In this document: positions 8,296-17,622 of the stretch, one piece after another
How the letters are laid out: each line of letters starts with the position of its first letter
How positions within the stretch are numbered: position 1 is the stretch's first letter
Assembly (NCBI GenBank): GCA_964467335.1
Contig: CAYXPX010000001.1
Coordinates: 12,320-49,591 of the forward strand
DNA length: 37,272 bases
Source of the DNA: Candidatus Woesearchaeota archaeon
GTDB lineage: Archaea; Nanobdellota; Nanobdellia; SCGC-AAA011-G17; GW2011-AR18
Reading direction: 5' to 3'
Program-made: the position numbers and the translations under genes
Notes under the pieces: generated by a model
Databases searched by the model: none
Told to the model about the DNA's origin: nothing
The model's input: the letters and a program-made list of their open reading frames with translations, nothing else

Positions 8296-9330
8296 TTAAA
8301 ATTTGATTATTTCCCTAAAGATTTCTTCCTCTTCATTGGTGTGCAAAACTAAAATATTTTGGTTTTTTATCCCAAGGAACTTAAATTTTTTAATGATTAA
8401 GTTTCTTATAAAATGGGAATTCTCGCCGATTGCTCCTGTAAAAACAAGAAAATCCACGCCTCCAAGCACGGCCGCATATGCCCCGATATACTTTTCTACC
8501 TCATAGACAAATTTATCAACAGCCAGACTTGCTTTCTTATTGCCTGATTTTGAAAGTTTTGTAAGCTTGTCCATGCTGTCTGAAATTTCGCTTATGCCTA
8601 AAAATCCTGATTTTTCATTCAGGTATTCCTCAATACTGGTTATTTTTTTTGATTTTAAAATGTATAGTCCGGCATTAAAGTCAATATTGCCTGATCGTGT
8701 GCTCATCGGCAGGCCCTCCAAGGGAGTAAATCCCATGGAAGTTTCCACAGATTTTCCGTTTTTTACAGCAGTAATGCTTGAGCCGCCTCCAAGGTGGCAT
8801 ACAATTATCCTGGAAGGAATTTTCTTGTACTTTGACTTAATTTGCGAGATGACAGAACTAACAGATATGCCATGATAACCATATCTGTAAATTTGTAATC
8901 TCCTTGAATCCCTGATTGGAATGGCATAAAGTTTTGCAATTTCAGGCAGTGTGGAATGAAATCGGCTGTCTGAAACTCCGATGATCATTGAACTTGGAAA
9001 TTGTTTTTGCAGCTCTTTAATCTCTTCAAATGTCGGTCTGATATGCAGAGGAGCCATAGATACAGACTTTCCCAGCATTCTTAGATAATCTTTGTCAATG
9101 ATCCTATTTTGCTGAAAATAGAGTCCAGGCGAAACAACCCTTACTGCTATTTTTGTAATCTCCACTCCATTTTTTATTACATTGTTTTTCTTTAACACAT
9201 CTGAAATTTTTGGCAGGCCGCTGTTAGTCTTGAAATGTATATTAAATACAGACTTGTTTCTAAAGTAAACAGCATATCTCTTGGATGTGCTTCCAACGTT
9301 TACAATCAGATATTTGCCTTCCATTTCCAC
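8296..9330 (-). CDS. ackA: acetate kinase-like (short form)
   Basis: VNVGSTSKRY, SDSRFHSTLP, YGYHGISV, CHLGGGSSITAVKNGKSVETSMGFTPLEGLPMSTRSGNID and FTGAIGENS follow the acetate/propionate kinase motifs. It is 344 aa, versus about 400 aa as usually seen (recalled from memory). The start overlaps the phosphoketolase stop. Confidence 0.75.
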   Translation of the reverse strand: MEMEGKYLIVNVGSTSKRYAVYFRNKSVFNIHFKTNSGLPKISDVLKKNNVIKNGVEITKIAVRVVSPGLYFQQNRIIDKDYLRMLGKSVSMAPLHIRPTFEEIKELQKQFPSSMIIGVSDSRFHSTLPEIAKLYAIPIRDSRRLQIYRYGYHGISVSSVISQIKSKYKKIPSRIIVCHLGGGSSITAVKNGKSVETSMGFTPLEGLPMSTRSGNIDFNAGLYILKSKKITSIEEYLNEKSGFLGISEISDSMDKLTKLSKSGNKKASLAVDKFVYEVEKYIGAYAAVLGGVDFLVFTGAIGENSHFIRNLIIKKFKFLGIKNQNILVLHTNEEEEIFREIIKF

Positions 9331-11636
9331 TCGCTTATTTCAATTGGATCAACACCGTGCTTTTTAATATACACACAATGGTCTTTTAATTTTTTTTGGT
9401 ATTCCTGAATTAGTGTTTGTGATTTTTCTTTATTCATTACTTTCATCTCAGCCATCAGAGAAAGCGCCTCTGTCACCAGATGATACCTGCTTGTTTCATT
9501 TCTGACATGCATATCAAAGGGCGTTGTAGTAGAACCGTGCTCTGTATAGCCGTGAACTGAAAATCTCCCTGGATTGTTCTGGTATAAAAGCATCTGTTTG
9601 ATATCATTTGGGTAGCCGTGGTAATTCACAATTACTGGCTTGTTTTTTGTGAAATATTTTTCATATAATCCGCCTGCCATATGCGTTTTGCTGCCTATGC
9701 CAAAACTGGAAAGCTCCACTATGTTTACAAATCTTATTTTTATTTCTGGAGCAATATTATTTAATATCTGGATTGCTGCAAGAGATTCTTTGGTTAGATA
9801 ATCGCCTGCTGCAGCGAATATTATGTCTGGATTTTTGTCTGATGCAAATTCCCATGTCATCATGCCGTGCTGCATCGCCTCTCTTGCCTGCTGTGCTGTA
9901 AGCCATCTTGGTTCAAGCGTTTTTCCAGCAACAATAATATTTATGCCGTTTTTGGATTTTAGGCAATGCTCTAATACAACCAGGGTTGAATTTCCATCAG
10001 GCGGAAAATAAACTCTTGTAAAATCCCCGCTTTTTTCAAGCATTCCTGTAATAAATTTTGGATTCTGATGCGAGAAGCCGTTGTGCTCCTGCCTCCAGCC
10101 GGATGATGTAAGAATATAATTAAGGGACGCGATATTTCCTCTCCATGAAACAGTGTTTGCTTGCGATAAAAATTTTGCATACTGGTCTGCCATGCTACTC
10201 ACAATCTCAACAAAAGCTTCATAGGATGCAAAAATGCAATGCCTGCCTGTCAGTATATAGCCCTGTGCCAGACCCTGGAGAGAATGTTCACTTAGTATCT
10301 CTATGACTCTGCCAGAAGGAGAAATATCCCTGTCCCAGCTTTTTAACGGCCAGACAAATGCTCTTTTCGTTGTCCTGAATATTTCATCAAGTTTATTTGA
10401 ATAAGTTTCATCAGGAGAAAACAGTCTGAAGTTTTTTTTGTTTAGCTTAAAAACCTCATTCAGGTAAGATCCTGTTCTTCTCATGCTGCTCGAACCAATA
10501 ATGCCTGGAAAAGGAACTTCTTCTTCAAATTTTTTAATATCAGGCAGTTTAAGCGGTTTGTAATCTTTTGCAAATGCATGTATATTGCTGCCCATCCTGT
10601 TCTTTGGAACCAGATACATAATCTCCTGTATAAATCCGCTTTTCCTGTCAAACAGTTCATAAAATTTATATGATTTTAACCATTTCTCCACTGCTGTTAA
10701 ATGTATCTTGTTCTCTTTGGCTTCTTTTGCAATAACCTGGTGTGATAAGCAGTTGCCCTCAAGTTTGTCTCCATCAAGATTTTTTATTCCAGTCCAGCCC
10801 TTTGGGGTTTTTAAAATAATCATTGGAAATCTTGGAGAAACAAGACTGCTTTTTCCTCTCGCTTTGATTTGTATATCTTTGATTATTTTATAACTTTTTT
10901 CAAGGGCATTGATCATTTTGCTGTAGGGATTCTTGCCTTCAACAATTATAGGACAGTAACCATAGCCGTAAAATAATGATTTTAACTCTTTATTTGACAT
11001 TCTGCCAAAGATTGTCGGTCCTGAAATTTTGTATCCGTTTAAATGAAGTATCGGAAGAACTGCGCCGTTTGTTTTTGGATCTATAAATTTATTTAGGTGC
11101 CATGCCGCTGCTGTAGGACCTGTTTCTGCTTCCCCGTCACCAACAAGACAGGCAACAATTAAGCCAGTGTTGTCAAGTATTGCTCCATAAGAGGTTGACA
11201 ACGCATAACCCAGTTCTCCTCCCTCAAGTATGACTCCCGGAGTGCCAGGATTGCTGTGCGATGGGAATCCATAAGGAAAACTAAAATTTTTAGTAATATA
11301 TTCTATTCCCTCATTTGTTTGTTTTGCATTTGGATAAAATTTAGCGAGCGTTCCCTCTATGAACAAGTTTGCCTGCAGACCAGGGTATCCGTGCCCGGGA
11401 CCAAGCACAAACATCATGTTTAAATTGTGTTTTTTTATTAAGTAGTTTAAATTTGCATAAACAAAATTAATGCCAGGGCATGTTCCCCAGTGCCCGAGCA
11501 GCCTTGGTTTTATGTCTTCAGGAGTTAATTTCTCTTCTAAAAGAATATTGTACTGCAGGTAAATCTGAATTGCAGAAAGATAATTTGCTGCCCTTACATA
11601 TTTCTTCAAATATTGTACAACATCCCTCTTTTTCAT
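9306..11636 (-). CDS. xfp: xylulose-5-phosphate/fructose-6-phosphate phosphoketolase
   Basis: 776 aa. Contains LLGHWGTCPGINFVY, EGGELGYALS, GDGEAETGP, HLNGYKISGPT and the YGYxHGS-type C-terminal region, all typical phosphoketolase signatures. Confidence 0.9.
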   Translation of the reverse strand: MKKRDVVQYLKKYVRAANYLSAIQIYLQYNILLEEKLTPEDIKPRLLGHWGTCPGINFVYANLNYLIKKHNLNMMFVLGPGHGYPGLQANLFIEGTLAKFYPNAKQTNEGIEYITKNFSFPYGFPSHSNPGTPGVILEGGELGYALSTSYGAILDNTGLIVACLVGDGEAETGPTAAAWHLNKFIDPKTNGAVLPILHLNGYKISGPTIFGRMSNKELKSLFYGYGYCPIIVEGKNPYSKMINALEKSYKIIKDIQIKARGKSSLVSPRFPMIILKTPKGWTGIKNLDGDKLEGNCLSHQVIAKEAKENKIHLTAVEKWLKSYKFYELFDRKSGFIQEIMYLVPKNRMGSNIHAFAKDYKPLKLPDIKKFEEEVPFPGIIGSSSMRRTGSYLNEVFKLNKKNFRLFSPDETYSNKLDEIFRTTKRAFVWPLKSWDRDISPSGRVIEILSEHSLQGLAQGYILTGRHCIFASYEAFVEIVSSMADQYAKFLSQANTVSWRGNIASLNYILTSSGWRQEHNGFSHQNPKFITGMLEKSGDFTRVYFPPDGNSTLVVLEHCLKSKNGINIIVAGKTLEPRWLTAQQAREAMQHGMMTWEFASDKNPDIIFAAAGDYLTKESLAAIQILNNIAPEIKIRFVNIVELSSFGIGSKTHMAGGLYEKYFTKNKPVIVNYHGYPNDIKQMLLYQNNPGRFSVHGYTEHGSTTTPFDMHVRNETSRYHLVTEALSLMAEMKVMNKEKSQTLIQEYQKKLKDHCVYIKKHGVDPIEISEWKWKANI

Positions 11637-11687
11637 AAATTTTCAGTTGTTTTTATATATAATAATTTATCGCAGCTCAAATAAAAA

Positions 11688-12443
11688 TTAAATCAGCCTT
11701 CTTGCCTCATCAATGGGATTAAATCCCTTGATCTGCGATTTTATATTTAAGGTCTTGTCTGTGGCTGTGAGCAGTATGCTGTCAAGAAGTTCATTAAGGT
11801 GGCCGTGAATAAGCCTCTCCCTGGCCTCTTTCTCAATGTCTTTTTTATATTCAGGATTTCTTTCAGGATTAAATAGTTCATCATATCCTGCAACATTTGT
11901 CAGGCTGCTTTCCATTGTCGCTACCAGGCGCCTCTGTTTTTCAACATTGTCTATTATGTTATGGATTTCTTTTTTATTGATCTTTTCATTAACTTTCTTA
12001 AGGGCTTCAGCTACCGGCGCATAATAATGGTCTTCAAGGATTGCAAGCAGATTTTTTAGTGCAAGCCCGTGCATTGCTATTAATTTGATCTTTCTTCCGA
12101 TTGCTTCAATGATATTCTCAATCTGCTTTTTATCCTTTATATGCGGCTGGAATTTGTCAAGGTCCTGAAGAAGGCTTCTTACATAATTTGCTATTGCTTC
12201 AGCCTCGCCCTGCATTTTCTCAAAACCAAGATATTCATAGTTTATTTTTACAGAATCAAGAATATCCAGCAGTTCGCTCTTTTCTGCAGCAGATTTAAGG
12301 TCAGCGCCGCCATTAATTTCACCAGACAACTCTTCTTTTGTTTTCAGGGGTTTTTCTCCAAGAACTTCCTTCACTTTTTCAGGCGAAATTTTTTCATTTG
12401 CTCTAAATAACTTTTTTATTTTGTCAAAAAAAACCATATACAT
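11688..12443 (-). CDS. hypothetical helical protein
   Basis: 251-aa ORF rich in Lys/Glu, predicted to be helical. No motif recognised. Confidence 0.35.
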   Translation of the reverse strand: MYMVFFDKIKKLFRANEKISPEKVKEVLGEKPLKTKEELSGEINGGADLKSAAEKSELLDILDSVKINYEYLGFEKMQGEAEAIANYVRSLLQDLDKFQPHIKDKKQIENIIEAIGRKIKLIAMHGLALKNLLAILEDHYYAPVAEALKKVNEKINKKEIHNIIDNVEKQRRLVATMESSLTNVAGYDELFNPERNPEYKKDIEKEARERLIHGHLNELLDSILLTATDKTLNIKSQIKGFNPIDEARRLI

Positions 12444-12506
12444 CAGGATGCTGATCTGTTTTTATAGTTTTCTTTATACCCTTAAATTTAATGCAGCCCA
12501 AAGATA

Positions 12507-13274
12507 CTAAATTGCTACAAGGCCAGCATAACTTTTAAGCCTTGGAACATTAAGGCCGGCTTCAGGATTAGTTTCGTTCCTTATATTGGGCCCTAAGATA
12601 ACCCCTTCAGCTATGTTAGATGCAACTAAACCATCTGCAGTATTTAGGACTGGATCAAAAAGAACTAGGGGGTATCTTTCAGACATTGAATCACAATTTC
12701 TTCCCATTATATCACTAAAATTTCTAACTCGCTCAGCCAAAGAATATCTGTCGCCGTTTACAACCACTGCATCAGCTCTTCTCATGCCTTCACGAACATC
12801 ACATTCAATTCTTGAGCCGCTGACAGGAGTGTATCCATGAGGATGGACGCCTCCTAAAATAATAACGCTTGGATATTCTCTTCTGAAATCAAAATATGCA
12901 CCAGTATCAAAATCAGGCCCTTGAGTATAAACCCCTGCAACATAATCAAAGTAAAAAAAATCTAAATCAAATCTTTTGACAAGTTCCAGGGATCTTCGCA
13001 TATTATTTGGAAAAACACCGGCACCAATCTTAATACCATTGCCTGAATATTTATTTCTAACAGCATCCATAGCATTGGCAACCCTTGCTGCAGGCGCATT
13101 TTTGCAGTAATTTGCTAAAAGTATTGCATCACAGCCGGCATCAACAAAAAGCTCAGCCTCAGACATTGCTCTTCTTGTTGCATGATAATAATCAATGCCG
13201 CCAAGGGTTATCATTCCGATAATGGCTCTATCTCTTCTTGAAATTCTTGAAAATCTTTGCCTTGCTTTTAACAT
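12507..13274 (-). CDS. TIM-barrel protein, BtpA/SgcQ-like (tentative)
   Basis: 255 aa. AIIGMITLGG...AELFVDAGCDAILLANY...ADAVVVNGD...ADGLVASNIAEGVILG loosely follows the BtpA-family layout. The gene appears less AT-rich than its neighbours. Confidence 0.3.
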   Translation of the reverse strand: MLKARQRFSRISRRDRAIIGMITLGGIDYYHATRRAMSEAELFVDAGCDAILLANYCKNAPAARVANAMDAVRNKYSGNGIKIGAGVFPNNMRRSLELVKRFDLDFFYFDYVAGVYTQGPDFDTGAYFDFRREYPSVIILGGVHPHGYTPVSGSRIECDVREGMRRADAVVVNGDRYSLAERVRNFSDIMGRNCDSMSERYPLVLFDPVLNTADGLVASNIAEGVILGPNIRNETNPEAGLNVPRLKSYAGLVAI

Positions 13275-13313
13275 AAATTAACAAATACCAGAATAAATTT
13301 AAATTTATCTAAT

Positions 13314-15488
13314 TTATTTTACTCCTTTTCTCTGCCTTATTTGCTGCACAACCTTCTGCTGCAATTCAATTGGCATCTTCTGGTATTCCTGGTCTGCAAC
13401 AAAGAAAGTCCCTCTTCCCTCAGTGGCGCTCCTCAATTCAGAGCTTAATCCAAACATCTCTCCGACAGGAAGTTTTGCCTTAACAACAACATAATTTCCG
13501 TCCTCCTTCATGTCAATGAGCTGTCCCCTCTTGTTTGCAATAAGTTTTGAAATTGCTCCCATGTGGTCCATAAGCCCCTCAATCTGCAGGACCTGGACAG
13601 GCTCAAATATAACAGCAGCAGCCTGCGTCATTGCCTCTCTTATGGCGTCCCTTATTGCAGGATAAACCTGCGCTGGCCCCCTGTGTATGCTGTCCTCATG
13701 AAGCTTGCAGTCATGCAGTTTAACAAGAATTTTAGCGCACGGTTCTCTTGCAAGAGGTCCGCCGTTCATCACCTGCTCAAAGCCGTCAAGCACAAGCTCA
13801 ATAACCTCTCCAAGCTGGACAATGCCCCTTGTAGCATCAACAAAAGCATTGCTGTTGTAAAAATGCCTGAAATTATGCGCTTCCTTTGTTTCAACGCCTG
13901 CCTCTACAAGCGCCTTTATTATGCTGTCATCTTTCTTTTTTATTCTTCCGCCATTTATTCTTCCCTCTTTTATAGCAGCATATATTGGATCTGGGAGCGG
14001 CTCAACAGTCAGGTAAAATTTATTGTGTTTGTTGGGCGTTTTTCCCTCAACTTCAATGCTCTTTTTGGAAACAGTTTCACGGTAAACAACAAGCGGCTGG
14101 CTTGATTTTATCTGCACGCCCTTCTCGCTTATTATCCTGTTTTCAATAATTTCAAGATGCAGTTCCCCCATTCCGCTCATTAAACATTCTCCAGTCTGCT
14201 CGTCAATCTGTATTTTTATTGAAGGATCTTCTTTTGCTGCAGCTTTTAAGACCTCAATTACTTTTGCAAGATCCTGCGGCTTTGTTGGTTCAATCGCCTT
14301 TGTGATTACAGGCTCAAAAATATGCCTCAGCTCTTCAAAAGGCTGTTCAGGTTCAAGTGTTATGGTTTCTCCTGCCTCTGCTTTAATACCTGCAAGTGCA
14401 AGAACATTGCCTGCAACAACATTCTCCATTATCTGCGTCTTGACGCCGTAATACATAAATACCTGCTGCAGTCTTGTTCTTAACTTTGCATTATTAAGAT
14501 AAATCTCAATGCCTGATTCAACAGTTCCTGAAAAAAGCCTGCCTGCAGCAATCTCTCTTCCTGTTCTCGGATCAATCATAATTCTTGTAACGCAAAAAGC
14601 AACTTTGCCGTTTTTATCGCAGTTGATTAAATTTTTTCCCAGTTCACTCTCAATATCACCGTGCCATATCTTGGGAATTCTGTATTTTTGGGCAACTAGT
14701 GGATCTGGAAGATGCTTGATTGCCATGTCAAGAATTACTTCATAAAGAGGTGCATTCTCCCATACCCATTTCTTCCTCTCCTCTTCAGGCATTTCATAGA
14801 TTTTTAGTATGTCTTTGAATGTAATGCCCTTTTTCTGCATAAATGAATAAGAGAGCGCCCAGTTCTCCCTTGCACTGCCGAATGCAACGCTTCCCTCTTG
14901 TATGCCAACCTTCCACTTTTCTTTGTAATCAGGTTCTGCAATCTGTTCAACAAGCCTGTTAAACTCTATTATTATTTCAGTAAATCTTTTCTGGATCTGC
15001 TCAGGAGTATACTGCATCTCTTTTATCAGCCTGTCAACCTTGTTCAAAAACAAAACAGGTTTTACTCTTTCTCTCAATGCCTGTTTTAACACAGTCTCCG
15101 TCTGTGGCATTATGCCCTCTGAAGCGCATACTAAGACAATGGTGCCGTCAATAGCCCTCATGGCTCTTGTGACATTCCCGCCAAAATCAACATGACCGGG
15201 AGTGTCAATAAGATTGATTAAATATTCTTCGCCACCATATTTATGAATCATGGAAACATTTGCTGCATCAACAGTCATTAATCTCTCCTGCTCGTCAGTA
15301 TGCTGCCATGTTGCCATGCCTGCATCAAGATCGCCTGCAGATTTTGTGCTCATCAAGCCCGCTGCTGCCAAAAGATTGTCAGTCATTGCCGTTTTTCCAT
15401 GGTGTATGTGGGCACTGGTGCATATATTTCTGATAAATTCAGGCCTGTTCATTGCCTTGCCAAACATTTTTACTGGATCATCTGCCAT
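13314..15488 (-). CDS. fusA: translation elongation factor 2 (aEF-2)
   Basis: AHIHHGKT P-loop, LIDTPGHVDFGGNVTRAMRAIDG, NKVDRLI, and the diphthamide-region HEDSIHRGPAQ. The start is placed at ATG 15488, 22 nt downstream of TTTATATA; the ORF track starts at 15500. Confidence 0.92.
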   Translation of the reverse strand: MADDPVKMFGKAMNRPEFIRNICTSAHIHHGKTAMTDNLLAAAGLMSTKSAGDLDAGMATWQHTDEQERLMTVDAANVSMIHKYGGEEYLINLIDTPGHVDFGGNVTRAMRAIDGTIVLVCASEGIMPQTETVLKQALRERVKPVLFLNKVDRLIKEMQYTPEQIQKRFTEIIIEFNRLVEQIAEPDYKEKWKVGIQEGSVAFGSARENWALSYSFMQKKGITFKDILKIYEMPEEERKKWVWENAPLYEVILDMAIKHLPDPLVAQKYRIPKIWHGDIESELGKNLINCDKNGKVAFCVTRIMIDPRTGREIAAGRLFSGTVESGIEIYLNNAKLRTRLQQVFMYYGVKTQIMENVVAGNVLALAGIKAEAGETITLEPEQPFEELRHIFEPVITKAIEPTKPQDLAKVIEVLKAAAKEDPSIKIQIDEQTGECLMSGMGELHLEIIENRIISEKGVQIKSSQPLVVYRETVSKKSIEVEGKTPNKHNKFYLTVEPLPDPIYAAIKEGRINGGRIKKKDDSIIKALVEAGVETKEAHNFRHFYNSNAFVDATRGIVQLGEVIELVLDGFEQVMNGGPLAREPCAKILVKLHDCKLHEDSIHRGPAQVYPAIRDAIREAMTQAAAVIFEPVQVLQIEGLMDHMGAISKLIANKRGQLIDMKEDGNYVVVKAKLPVGEMFGLSSELRSATEGRGTFFVADQEYQKMPIELQQKVVQQIRQRKGVK

Positions 15489-15510
15489 GAAGTTCCGCAT
15501 TTAGGAATCG

Positions 15511-15518
15511 TATATAAA
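15511..15518 (-). promoter_or_regulatory. TATA box (TTTATATA) for aEF-2
   Basis: 22 nt separate it from ATG 15488. Confidence 0.45.
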
Positions 15519-15541
15519 CCTTTTGGAGAAAATTCGTTAAG

Positions 15542-15549
15542 TTTATATG
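15542..15549 (+). promoter_or_regulatory. TATA box (TTTATATG) for the 67-aa ORF
   Basis: 22 nt separate it from ATG 15572. It is divergent from the aEF-2 promoter. Confidence 0.4.
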
Positions 15550-15571
15550 CAAAAAGAAACTAAAACTAAAT

Positions 15572-15775
15572 ATGAAAAAAGATAAGGAAAGTTCAGTGCA
15601 GGCAGCCTTGGAAGAAGCAGTATTTATTCTTAATGAGATTAGGATAAATAAAGTAAAAAAACTTGAGGAAACAAAACTTACACCAAAGCAGGAAAAAATA
15701 CTTGAAGAAATTGAAAATGATATTAATGCATGTGTCACAAAATTAGGCCTTCTTCTTCATGCAAAAGAATTATGA
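15572..15775 (+). CDS. small helical hypothetical protein
   Basis: 67-aa ORF. TTTATATG lies 22 nt upstream of the ATG. Coiled-coil-like composition. Confidence 0.35.
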   Translation: MKKDKESSVQAALEEAVFILNEIRINKVKKLEETKLTPKQEKILEEIENDINACVTKLGLLLHAKEL

Positions 15776-15838
15776 GTTGATTTATTGTTTATTTTATACT
15801 AAATAATCTTGTTATAATTTCTGTGGCTGAAATGTTGT

Positions 15839-15855
15839 ATAATTCCTGTTAGTTT
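15839..15855. repeat. 17-nt direct repeat copy 1 (ATAATTCCTGTTAGTTT)
   Basis: Exact match to 17500-17516. It is intergenic, upstream of the 114-aa ORF. Confidence 0.8.
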
Positions 15856-15882
15856 CTCAGAATGAAATGAGGAACTGAAAGG

Positions 15883-15890
15883 TTTATAAA
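15883..15890 (+). promoter_or_regulatory. TATA box (TTTATAAA) for the 114-aa ORF
   Basis: 22 nt separate it from ATG 15913. Confidence 0.45.
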
Positions 15891-15912
15891 GTTTAATCTC
15901 AAACCAATTAAT

Positions 15913-16257
15913 ATGGTAAGACCACTTGAGTATAATACTGGATTAAATTTGCAAGAAGCAGAAGAAAGATACAGAGAAGTAAGGGCTGAATTTGAAAAAG
16001 TTAAATCCCATTATTCTGGATTATTGGGGAGATTTAAAAAAAATTTGTGTGAAGGAGATAATAAAACATTAGTTGACTGTACAGGAGTTCTTCTGCCATT
16101 AGGAATGGAAGCTTCAGTTCAAGATCAAGTCAGGCAAACACAAAGTATTGAAGATACATTACACTATCAAATTGGGCAACTTAATTTTCAGATTATAGAT
16201 TATCTTGCAAATTTCAAAAATACTGGAGTTACAAGATGGTTCGAGCGAACATTGTAG
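15913..16257 (+). CDS. hypothetical protein (114 aa)
   Basis: TTTATAAA (15883-15890) lies 22 nt upstream of the ATG. Helical N-terminus. No family recognised. Confidence 0.45.
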   Translation: MVRPLEYNTGLNLQEAEERYREVRAEFEKVKSHYSGLLGRFKKNLCEGDNKTLVDCTGVLLPLGMEASVQDQVRQTQSIEDTLHYQIGQLNFQIIDYLANFKNTGVTRWFERTL

Positions 16258-16344
16258 GCTTTTTGATAGTACTTAAGATGGTCCCCTCCCATTCTAGACC
16301 CTAAAACCATTAATAATTTAAGTAATCGCTGTTTAATAATATAG

Positions 16345-17490
16345 ATGGTAAAGCTCTACGGAATAACACATAGTGCAAGCATAAATTCATTATTTTTTTC
16401 TATGCCTATAAATATTTCCCCTGCTCCAGAATTACTAGAAGATCTTGCAGAGCTTCCCAAAAGTTCAAAAATTGGTATTGAATGGATTGGAGAAACTGGC
16501 TGGCAGGAAGTCCAAGATGATTTAATGGGAAGAAGTTTTGATGCTGGATTGCAAGAGATCCCATTTTTTGATGACTTGGTTTCCAATTACTGGAGAATTA
16601 TAATTAATGAATTGCAGAGGCATTGTTTACACCCTGTTTTCTTGGAAAATAAAGATGTTTGGCTAAAATATAATCAAGCTGTTGTTGCTTTAGCAAAAGA
16701 AAGGCAGAATCAATTGTTTCATGGAGGAGAAGATGATAGAGATTATCATGAAAAATTATGCAGGCATAATGAAGCAAGAAAAAAAAGAGTTTTGGTCGCA
16801 AGGAGAATTCATGAGATTGAAAGAGACGAAGTTTTACTTTCTGCAGTTTCATCTGGGAATTTAGATGCTGCTATTGTTGGTTATGGACATGCAGATTATT
16901 GGATTGCAAATAAACAAAGAATTCAGCAACAAACAGGCATAATCTTTGATTCTTATTCCAAACAACAGCAAAATGGAAAAGGTTATCCGCTAACAGTCTT
17001 TGTAAGAAATGCAGAGCCAGACAAAAATATTATTTATCAGAGAAAAAGTCTTGAAAGGGCAATTAGATTAATGGAGCAGGGGAGAATTGCTGAAGGCACA
17101 CCAGATTATATTGGAACTTGGTGTGATTATGAGCCATCACAAGGGTATTTTGAAGTTTTTGTCCGTAAAAGAGATGGTGAAGATATTTCTGGAGTTATTG
17201 AGGATGTTTTAGGAAGTGCAACATTTAGTGGTAGAGTTAATAAAAAAGGCATTCAATTCACTAAAAATTATACTGATGCTTCGCCTGAAGCCATTAGAGG
17301 AGAAATACCGTACGAAGCAGAAAGAACAGGACAAGAATTTTATGGATTTTTCAAAGTCTCTGGTTTTAGAGCTCCATTTTATTTAATTGAAGCTGATAAA
17401 AAAGAACCTATTGAAATGGGCATAAGGTTGTTTGAGTTATTTCATCCAGGGAGAGTGCCAAATACAATTTTTCTTAGTGCCTCCGAGTAA
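16345..17490 (+). CDS. TraB/PrgY/Tiki-superfamily-like N-terminal domain fused to an uncharacterised beta-rich C-terminal domain
   Basis: Three N-terminal motifs match the family: LYGITHSAS (compare GTAHVS), IERDEVLLSAV (compare ERDxxM) and AIVGYGHADYW (compare VVGxGHxxG). The C-terminal ~140 aa has a G-x-W...G-x-F...F-x-K-x-Y strand pattern and is not assigned. Confidence 0.45.
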   Translation: MVKLYGITHSASINSLFFSMPINISPAPELLEDLAELPKSSKIGIEWIGETGWQEVQDDLMGRSFDAGLQEIPFFDDLVSNYWRIIINELQRHCLHPVFLENKDVWLKYNQAVVALAKERQNQLFHGGEDDRDYHEKLCRHNEARKKRVLVARRIHEIERDEVLLSAVSSGNLDAAIVGYGHADYWIANKQRIQQQTGIIFDSYSKQQQNGKGYPLTVFVRNAEPDKNIIYQRKSLERAIRLMEQGRIAEGTPDYIGTWCDYEPSQGYFEVFVRKRDGEDISGVIEDVLGSATFSGRVNKKGIQFTKNYTDASPEAIRGEIPYEAERTGQEFYGFFKVSGFRAPFYLIEADKKEPIEMGIRLFELFHPGRVPNTIFLSASE

Positions 17491-17499
17491 TAATTCAAC

Positions 17500-17516
17500 A
17501 TAATTCCTGTTAGTTT
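17500..17516. repeat. 17-nt direct repeat copy 2 (ATAATTCCTGTTAGTTT)
   Basis: Exact match to 15839-15855. It starts 10 nt after the stop of the 381-aa ORF. Confidence 0.8.
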
Positions 17517-17622
17517 AGTCTGACAGAAGGGAAGACCCAAATTTTATTGCAACGTTCCTAAGGAAAATTTTATATTTTAAGAGCCAGAGCTTTTATCAAT
17601 AATCTGCGAAGCAGACAATATT

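Noticed and set aside
13563-14105. 180-aa plus-strand ORF inside the aEF-2 gene. Similar long antisense ORFs occur at 4837-5535, 20177-20614, 25731-26405, 26916-27551 and 28566-29099.
   Set aside because: All lie antisense to strongly supported conserved genes, have Ser/Leu/Phe-rich low-complexity translations, and lack promoter-like signals. They are typical shadow ORFs of AT-rich coding DNA.
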